Source of the DNA: Erysipelothrix larvae
GTDB lineage: Bacteria; Bacillota_I; Bacilli_A; Erysipelotrichales; Erysipelotrichaceae
Reading direction: 5' to 3'
Assembly: GCF_001545095.1 (NCBI RefSeq)
Contig: NZ_CP013213.1
Span: 870,001 to 902,000, forward strand
DNA: 32,000 nucleotides
Shown here: piece after piece, positions 25,853 through 32,000 of the stretch
How the letters are laid out: each line of letters opens with the position of its first letter
Numbering within the stretch: position 1 is the first letter of the stretch
The notes under the pieces: generated by a model
What the model was told of the DNA's origin: nothing
Seen by the model: only the letters and a program-made list of their open reading frames with translations
Databases searched by the model: none
Translations under genes and position numbers: made by a program

Positions 25853-26818
25853 ATGATACCAGCAATACTTGGGGGTATTAGTGCATTAATCATCAGTGTA
25901 TATGCATATCCAAAGTATATAAAATACTTAGAAAGTCGAACAATCCAACAAACCGTCAGTGAGTTTGCTGTGGATGCATTTAAAGAAAAAAAGAAAACTG
26001 TAACGTTTGGAGGAGCGCTATTTGTGCTTATTCCAACGATTTTATCACTGATTTATGCAATTGTTTTCAAAAATGTATGGATTCTCTTGATGTCCGGAAC
26101 CTATTTACTCAATGGAATCTTAGGATTTGTTGACGATTATAAAATCGTTAAAGAAGGAAAAAATGATGGTCTTTCCGAGAAACAAAAGCTCATTTTTCAA
26201 GTTGCAGTAGCCCTTGCTTTTTATGCAGGATATGTGGCTTTAGGTGGTGCAAATGTTGTCGGCATTCCATTTGTAAACATTCAACTTAATATTGGTTTTG
26301 TATATCCAATACTTGTCGTGTTCCTCATTGTTGGAACTGCTAATGCAGTGAACTTTACTGATGGTATGGATGGATTGGCAGCAGGTACTTCCCTGATTGC
26401 GATGCTTCCATTCATGATCATTGCTTTTAAACACGCCAACTATGATATTATGTTTCTGCTATTTTGTGTATTTGGAAGTGTTTTAGGATTTCTTCTATAT
26501 AATGCACACCCTGCAAATATCTTTATGGGAGATGTCGGATCTTTACCATTAGGAGCCTTATTCGCAACCACTGCCATTGTATTACACCAAGAACTTTTAC
26601 TTGCGTTAATTGGCGGCGTGTTTGTTTTAGAAATGCTTAGTGTTATTATCCAACAAACCTACTATAAAAAGACAGGGAAACGTCTGTTTAAATATACACC
26701 AATCCACTACAGCTTTACCTTGTCGGGTTGGAAAGAAGTTGATGTAGTCCATCTATTTTGGGGTATAGGTGCTGTATTTGCAATATTAAGTATTCTAATT
26801 GGAGTATTTTTCGCATGA
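25853..26818 (+). CDS. mraY: phospho-N-acetylmuramoyl-pentapeptide transferase MraY
   Basis: NAVNFTDGMDGLA and HPANIFMGDVGS motifs. Polytopic membrane protein. Confidence 0.95.
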   Translation: MIPAILGGISALIISVYAYPKYIKYLESRTIQQTVSEFAVDAFKEKKKTVTFGGALFVLIPTILSLIYAIVFKNVWILLMSGTYLLNGILGFVDDYKIVKEGKNDGLSEKQKLIFQVAVALAFYAGYVALGGANVVGIPFVNIQLNIGFVYPILVVFLIVGTANAVNFTDGMDGLAAGTSLIAMLPFMIIAFKHANYDIMFLLFCVFGSVLGFLLYNAHPANIFMGDVGSLPLGALFATTAIVLHQELLLALIGGVFVLEMLSVIIQQTYYKKTGKRLFKYTPIHYSFTLSGWKEVDVVHLFWGIGAVFAILSILIGVFFA

Positions 26819-28092
26819 GAGCCCTTGTAATCGGTGCTGCACGATCAGGTGTTGGAGCGGCACATTTACTCACTCAACAAGGATATCATGTTACGTTGGT
26901 GTCAAATCAAGATTTCAATGAGCGTGATGACCTTGAAACCATGGGTGTTCAAGTTATTTTAGATGACTCAGAAACCGATCAATTTGATCAGGTTGATCTT
27001 GTGATAAAAAATCCAGGTATACCAAATTCACATCCACTTGTATCACGTTTTTCACATGTTATTAATGAAATTGAATTGGCATCGATGTATAATCCTTCTG
27101 GGAAGTTATATGGAATTTCAGGAACAAATGGTAAAACAACAACCGTGTCACTCCTTTATGACATGTTTAAAATCCATGATTCCCATGCCATCGTTGTGGG
27201 AAATATTGGGATTCCTTACAGTGAAATTGTGTATCAAGAAGGGGATGTTTCGCGAAATGTTGCCCTTGAACTGAGCTCATTTCAGATGGAAAATTTACCA
27301 GGATTAAAACTGGAAGCGTATGCTCTAATGAATCTTACACCTGATCATTTGGATCGTTATGAATCGGTAGAAGCTTATTTCAGTGTTAAATCACGCTTTG
27401 GATCACAGGCAAAGGTTGTTGTGCGAAATGCAGATGATGCAGAAGTCATGAAATACACCCAATCACTAGAAGTCCCTTTTATTAATGTCTCTTTAGAATC
27501 TAAACAACACGTGTATCTTGAAAAAGGGTGGTGCTTCTATGGTGAGGATCGCTTGTTTCCATGCGATGCACTTCAACTCGCAGGGAAACATAATCTGATG
27601 AATGCCATGTTTGCAGCCGTAATGGCGTATTTAGGCGGCGTAACATCGGATCAAATCACGCAGGCACTATCTACATTCAAAGGTGTTGAACATCGCTTAG
27701 AACTTGTGCAAACGCTTCATGGTGTTCGGTACTTTAATGATTCAAAAGCAACTAATCCAGAATCAACTGAAAAAGCATTAAGTGCATTTGATGATCACCA
27801 AGTTATTTTATTAGCGGGTGGATATGACAAGAAAATTCCTTTTGATATTCTTGCAAACTACACATCAAAACTCAAAGCAATTTATGTCTTTGGCGACAGT
27901 GCGCTGTCAATAAAATCAGTATTTGAAGAGGCAATTGTTGTTGAAACAATGTTTGAAGCATTACAACAAGCCCATAAGATTGCAACAGAAGGTGATGTTG
28001 TCTTATTATCTCCAGCTTGTGCATCCTTTGATCAGTTTAAAGATTATGAAGATCGGGGCCGTCAATTTAAAAAGATGGTTCATGAATTATAA
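26815..28092 (+). CDS. murD: UDP-N-acetylmuramoylalanine--D-glutamate ligase MurD
   Basis: MRALVIGAARSGVGAA Rossmann start and GISGTNGKTTT P-loop. ATGA overlap with the mraY stop. The ORF-track start at 26758 adds a Cys-rich extension inside mraY. Confidence 0.92.
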   Translation: MRALVIGAARSGVGAAHLLTQQGYHVTLVSNQDFNERDDLETMGVQVILDDSETDQFDQVDLVIKNPGIPNSHPLVSRFSHVINEIELASMYNPSGKLYGISGTNGKTTTVSLLYDMFKIHDSHAIVVGNIGIPYSEIVYQEGDVSRNVALELSSFQMENLPGLKLEAYALMNLTPDHLDRYESVEAYFSVKSRFGSQAKVVVRNADDAEVMKYTQSLEVPFINVSLESKQHVYLEKGWCFYGEDRLFPCDALQLAGKHNLMNAMFAAVMAYLGGVTSDQITQALSTFKGVEHRLELVQTLHGVRYFNDSKATNPESTEKALSAFDDHQVILLAGGYDKKIPFDILANYTSKLKAIYVFGDSALSIKSVFEEAIVVETMFEALQQAHKIATEGDVVLLSPACASFDQFKDYEDRGRQFKKMVHEL

Positions 28093-28143
28093 AAAAGTTC
28101 AAATAGTACTAAAACATATAATTCAAAGATCATAAAGTCGATA

Positions 28144-28196
28144 CCAACCCAACATTGCGCATAAACAGCCGATTATAGTGGGTTGGTTTCTTTTTG
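28144..28196 (+). terminator. hairpin plus T-run ending the dcw unit
   Basis: CCAACCCA (28144-28151) pairs with TGGGTTGG (28179-28186). The loop is long (27 nt). Followed by TTTCTTTTT. Confidence 0.5.
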
Positions 28197-28295
28197 TGAG
28201 AAAACACGACGAGAACTTTTTGTTTGGATTGGGAGCTGATTCACATTTTTTACGTGATGAATCAATCCATTTTTGTTTAAAGATAGGTCTCGTTT

Positions 28296-28304
28296 TGATA
28301 TAAT
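28296..28304 (+). promoter_or_regulatory. extended -10 element TGaTATAAT
   Basis: Read directly, 21 nt upstream of the ATG at 28325. No good -35. Confidence 0.4.
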
Positions 28305-28324
28305 ACGTTGGTAGGGGTGACGTT

Positions 28325-28600
28325 ATGCCGATTTACAATGAACAGCACGTTCAATTATTATTAACAATGCGCTTGATGAAGATGCATCGCGAAGGATTTG
28401 ACGGAGTAACCTATGATGATTTTCAACGGATATTTACGAAATATATCTTAAAAAATCAGATGGGTGCAACCTTAAATCAAATAACAGATCGAATTTTGAA
28501 TATCTCAACAGATACGATCATTCGTTACTTGGCACTTGATGCAACAATCAGGAGTAAACAGCAATCATTGGGTGATGTATTGACCGAAGGAGATCTATGA
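28325..28600 (+). CDS. small ComN/YrzD-like post-transcriptional regulator family protein
   Basis: 91 aa. Its position immediately upstream of a secDF-like gene and recJ matches the Bacillus subtilis comN(yrzD)-secDF-...-recJ order. The sequence pattern (GFDGVTYDDF...) is compatible. Confidence 0.45.
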   Translation: MPIYNEQHVQLLLTMRLMKMHREGFDGVTYDDFQRIFTKYILKNQMGATLNQITDRILNISTDTIIRYLALDATIRSKQQSLGDVLTEGDL

Positions 28601-30291
28601 TGTCCAAACGTCGAGTATCACTCCTTTTTGCATTAGTCGGGTTATCCTTTGTCGTATTGTTGCTACTGGGTACCATCAGCAACCTAAATCCTGGGTTAGG
28701 ATTTGGACGCGACCTACGCTTAATTATTGATGTAAAAGAATCCCCAAATCAACTCATCGATTTTCTGATGTCTCAAAGATCAATGGGACGCGAAATTCAA
28801 GTAGACTCTATCAGTGATACCATTAAGATGATTTCTATCTCGGGTGTCAGCGATCTTCAAACCTTTTTAAGTCAAGTATCAAGCCAATTGTGGCGGACTA
28901 CCATCATGGAATTAGGAACCTTTGGTTCATTGTCAAATTTGGGCCAATTTATGTTTACACTTGAGTTTTATGTTACTGTTTTTGTATTAACATTTGCGGT
29001 TTATTGGCTCATTCGTTATAAAACACTGGGGTTGTTTTCAGTACTCACAATCTTTGTTATCATTTTAGGGTCACTGACAATTCTTAAACATCTTTCCAAT
29101 CCATTTACGCATGTGATCTGGTTCTCGATGCTTTTATCATTTTGCTTCTTGTTGTTCCAACAAAAAATGCTTATTAGTTATATTTCCAGTGACACATTCA
29201 CAAATTCAAACGAGATGGACCAAACGATTTCACGAAATGTTCGCACGCATGCAATCGTCCTTGCATTTTTTTCATTGGTGCTCTATGCTACAAATTTTGG
29301 ATTAACGTCTTCCGCACGTTATTTTGCACTCATTGCGGTATTTATGATCGTGCTATCCTTTGTTTTACCATTTAGCTTAAAATCCGTTCGTGATTTTATG
29401 ATCCATGAGAAACACAACCAATATTTTCTGTCCTTAAATAATTTCCGTGGTTATTCTTCGGATAAATCACTACGGGTATGGGGAAGTGTTGTAGTCATGG
29501 GATTGATTGCAGTTTTAGTTGGGGGAATCCTATTTAATAACTTCAACGTTCGTTCACGGGAGTTGTATAATGAATATGAATCCAAAACTCTGTTTTTAAT
29601 CGAAGCAGAAGATGCACAAAGTTTTATTGAAATGCATGCGTCATTTGCGACACACGATGTTCTTAATGACCAAATCACCTTTTTTATCAGTGACGAGCGC
29701 TCAATGTGGTTTTTCTACAATGAAAATGTCAATATTGAAAATCTAGAAATTGCACGGGATTCAATCGAACAAAAGATTAATGTTACTGGTAATATTTTTG
29801 AATTTTCGAGTACAGAAAATCCAATGGGATCCCCCTTATTCTATTTTACAGAATTGATTTTTGTGATCTTGGGGTTTATGATTGCGAATACCCATCCAAA
29901 ATATCGCTATGGGATTGTTTCGATTGTGTTAAACATTCTATCACTAGCCATATGTTCAGGTTGGTTTTCGCTGTTTTCACTTGGACACTCTCGTATTACA
30001 GTACTGTTGTTTTTAAGTATTCCAATCCTCAATGCATTTTTTATCATCACAACACCCAAAGAATTAAAAGATTACTCATGGTCGAAATGCATCGTATATG
30101 CTACGGTACGATTAGGAACCATTATGATGATAATTGGGATTCCGGTCCTGTTAATTATTCCAAGCCCAAGCGATAACATTCTAGTGATGATTAGTTCACT
30201 GATTATCTGGTCATTATCAACAGTCTGTTCATTTATCTTTTATCCATTAATAATGAAAGGAAGTAAACATGAAATATTATCAAAACCTTGA
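28597..30291 (+). CDS. divergent, short SecDF-like polytopic membrane protein
   Basis: Topology reads as TM1, a ~90-aa loop, 5 TM, TM7, a ~110-aa loop, 5 TM, which is the SecDF pattern. N-terminal GLGFGRDLRLIIDV resembles the SecD GLDLxGG...L.V motif. Synteny with recJ. Confidence 0.45.
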   Translation: MMSKRRVSLLFALVGLSFVVLLLLGTISNLNPGLGFGRDLRLIIDVKESPNQLIDFLMSQRSMGREIQVDSISDTIKMISISGVSDLQTFLSQVSSQLWRTTIMELGTFGSLSNLGQFMFTLEFYVTVFVLTFAVYWLIRYKTLGLFSVLTIFVIILGSLTILKHLSNPFTHVIWFSMLLSFCFLLFQQKMLISYISSDTFTNSNEMDQTISRNVRTHAIVLAFFSLVLYATNFGLTSSARYFALIAVFMIVLSFVLPFSLKSVRDFMIHEKHNQYFLSLNNFRGYSSDKSLRVWGSVVVMGLIAVLVGGILFNNFNVRSRELYNEYESKTLFLIEAEDAQSFIEMHASFATHDVLNDQITFFISDERSMWFFYNENVNIENLEIARDSIEQKINVTGNIFEFSSTENPMGSPLFYFTELIFVILGFMIANTHPKYRYGIVSIVLNILSLAICSGWFSLFSLGHSRITVLLFLSIPILNAFFIITTPKELKDYSWSKCIVYATVRLGTIMMIIGIPVLLIIPSPSDNILVMISSLIIWSLSTVCSFIFYPLIMKGSKHEILSKP

Positions 30292-31828
30292 TTGTGATCC
30301 TCGATTTTCAAGTGAAAGTATCTTTTGTCAAAAGATATTCTCTTTGCTCAACTTATCGGATGATAAGGTTGAAGAACTGCTGAAACCATCCCAACACGTG
30401 GTTCATGACGCAGTGCTCTTTGATGTTGTTTCATTTATGAAACAATCCAAGAAACTCATGATTTGTGGGGATTATGATTGTGATGGTATCACAAGTACGA
30501 CCATTGCGATGATTCTTGCCAAGAAATTGGGTGTTGAAGCTGGATATTATATCCCTAATCGAATTGATGAAGGATATGGAGCGAATAAAAACACACTTAA
30601 ACTTGCTTTTGAAAAAGGGTATGATGCCGTGATGATGATCGATAATGGTGTTAAAGCCCTTGAAGCCATTCACTATGCCCATGAAGTTGGTATGAAAGTA
30701 TGCATTGTTGATCACCATACCTATGATGAAGCCCCACCTGTGGATGTATTTGTGCATCCAGATGTCTTATCACCCTATTGCGATACCATGTGTGCAGCAG
30801 GACTAATGTATACCATTTGCGAAACAAATGGGTATGCAGATGATTATCTATTAGCACTTGGATGTATTGGAACCTTAGGTGATGTCATGCCTTTGTGGCA
30901 TAAAAATCGTGAGATTGTGATGGAAGGTCTAAAAGCACTCAACAAACATCAGTTCTTACCGCTTGTTTCATTATTGAATACAAAAAATGCACCCATTGAT
31001 GCCATGATGGTATCCTTTCAAATTGTTCCGAAAATAAATGCAGTGGGAAGAATGGCAGATATGGTTAATGTGAATACAATGATACCGTATTTGATGGCAG
31101 ATGATGAAAACCTCATCTTAAACTTCTGTGCTCAGGTTAACAGTGTGAATACAGTTCGAAAGAACTTAGGCCAAGATTTAAAAACGATTGCGTTGGATAT
31201 GATTGATGAATCCATGCCTGTAAACATCATTTCAGATGAACGGTTTCATGAAGGGTTATTAGGAATTGTTGCGAATCAATTAACAACACTTACTGGAAAA
31301 CCAACCATGGTCTTTCAAAAAGTAAGTGAAGGGTATAAGGGCAGTGCACGCTCAAAAACCATTTCTTTGTCGGAATTGTTCAGTAAGGTTAATGATGCCT
31401 ACTTTATCGCAATGGGAGGGCATGACTTTGCTTATGGAATGACCATCCATGACCATCAATTTGAGGCGTTTTCACACGAGGTTCAATCAGTTGCGAAAAC
31501 ACTTGAATCTGTAAAACAAGACGATGCGATTGTCTTGATGGACGAACCCTTAACAAAATCGATGCTTGAAAGCATCAGTAAATTTGAACCGTATGGTCCA
31601 GGGTTTCAATTGCCACTTTTCGCAATTGAGTGTCCCGATGCAGTCTCCGTATATCCAATAGGAACCAGTGGATTCAGATTTAGTTTTAAAAACTTTTGGT
31701 TAAAAAGTGCTGTGTACTTTAATCCATCCGCAAAATTTGATGGTGATAACATGCCAAAAATGCTCATCGGAAGATTTTCCATTCATTCACAGTATGGACT
31801 GTCATTTACAGTCGAAAGTGTTTTATAA
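30269..31828 (+). CDS. recJ: single-stranded-DNA-specific exonuclease RecJ (DHH/DHHA1), short form
   Basis: DHH motifs ICGDYDCDGITS, MIDNG and VDHH, plus DHHA1 MGGHDFA. 519 aa. Confidence 0.85.
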   Translation: MKYYQNLDCDPRFSSESIFCQKIFSLLNLSDDKVEELLKPSQHVVHDAVLFDVVSFMKQSKKLMICGDYDCDGITSTTIAMILAKKLGVEAGYYIPNRIDEGYGANKNTLKLAFEKGYDAVMMIDNGVKALEAIHYAHEVGMKVCIVDHHTYDEAPPVDVFVHPDVLSPYCDTMCAAGLMYTICETNGYADDYLLALGCIGTLGDVMPLWHKNREIVMEGLKALNKHQFLPLVSLLNTKNAPIDAMMVSFQIVPKINAVGRMADMVNVNTMIPYLMADDENLILNFCAQVNSVNTVRKNLGQDLKTIALDMIDESMPVNIISDERFHEGLLGIVANQLTTLTGKPTMVFQKVSEGYKGSARSKTISLSELFSKVNDAYFIAMGGHDFAYGMTIHDHQFEAFSHEVQSVAKTLESVKQDDAIVLMDEPLTKSMLESISKFEPYGPGFQLPLFAIECPDAVSVYPIGTSGFRFSFKNFWLKSAVYFNPSAKFDGDNMPKMLIGRFSIHSQYGLSFTVESVL

Positions 31829-31846
31829 TAAGTATGGAGGTGTGAT

Positions 31847-32000
31847 ATGCGATTTCGTAAATTATTAAGTATCTTGGGGATAACATGTTTTGTTTTCATC
31901 ATGGGATTTCCAACTCACATTAATGCAGAGACACAAACACAACAACAAAATGAACTAACAGGTGAAAATGAAACAACGAATCAGACCGAAAATAGTGAAG
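31847..32000 (+). CDS. secreted protein, N-terminal fragment (runs off the window)
   Basis: GGAGGTG RBS. MRFRKLLSILGITCFVFIMGFPTHINA|ETQ is signal-peptide-like and is followed by a Q/T/N/E-rich stretch. Not in the ORF track because the frame is open-ended. Confidence 0.55.
   Translation, partial: MRFRKLLSILGITCFVFIMGFPTHINAETQTQQQNELTGENETTNQTENSE

Noticed and set aside
26758-26814. N-terminal extension of murD (MGYRCCICNIKYSNWSIFR)
   Set aside because: It lies inside mraY. The canonical MurD Rossmann start MRALVIGAARSG begins at ATG 26815 with an ATGA stop/start overlap.

Overview
AT-rich (low GC by eye, not computed) chromosomal window of Bacillota type. It opens in the tail of an rRNA operon: the 23S 3' portion, 5S and a terminator. 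Next come a marR + heterodimeric ABC exporter operon, an MBL-fold hydrolase, a HAD phosphatase and a CBS-domain family II pyrophosphatase. The centre (about 8.8-20.55 kb) is a Gram-positive-style type IV pilus (T4P) locus, and it is the main item of interest. It holds a minor pilin split by an IS, a second minor pilin, and a ~700-aa PilX_N-type giant minor pilin lacking Glu+5. These are followed by PilC, PilM, PilN, PilO, an inverted PilD prepilin peptidase, the PilB ATPase (with a tandem MshEN-like N-terminal motif) and a small cysteine-free major pilin. No pilT is present in the window. The first minor pilin is cut by a 2,525-bp ISL3-family element (9156-11680) flanked by an 8-bp target-site duplication, GTTTTATC. 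Removing the IS in silico restores an in-frame 133-codon gene whose stop overlaps the next gene's ATG. The IS carries a second Zn-ribbon ORF, terminator-like hairpins near both ends and a repeated subterminal CTTGGGG heptamer. Downstream are a PfkA-family phosphofructokinase with PPi-type specificity residues and a compact dcw cluster (mraZ-rsmH-ftsL-PBP-mraY-murD). The dcw cluster is preceded by four GTGG boxes in exact 10-bp phase, a likely MraZ operator. A comN-like / divergent secDF-like / recJ block follows, then the start of a secreted protein. I found no CRISPR array, tRNA or riboswitch. All family calls come from motifs read in the translations. No database search was run.
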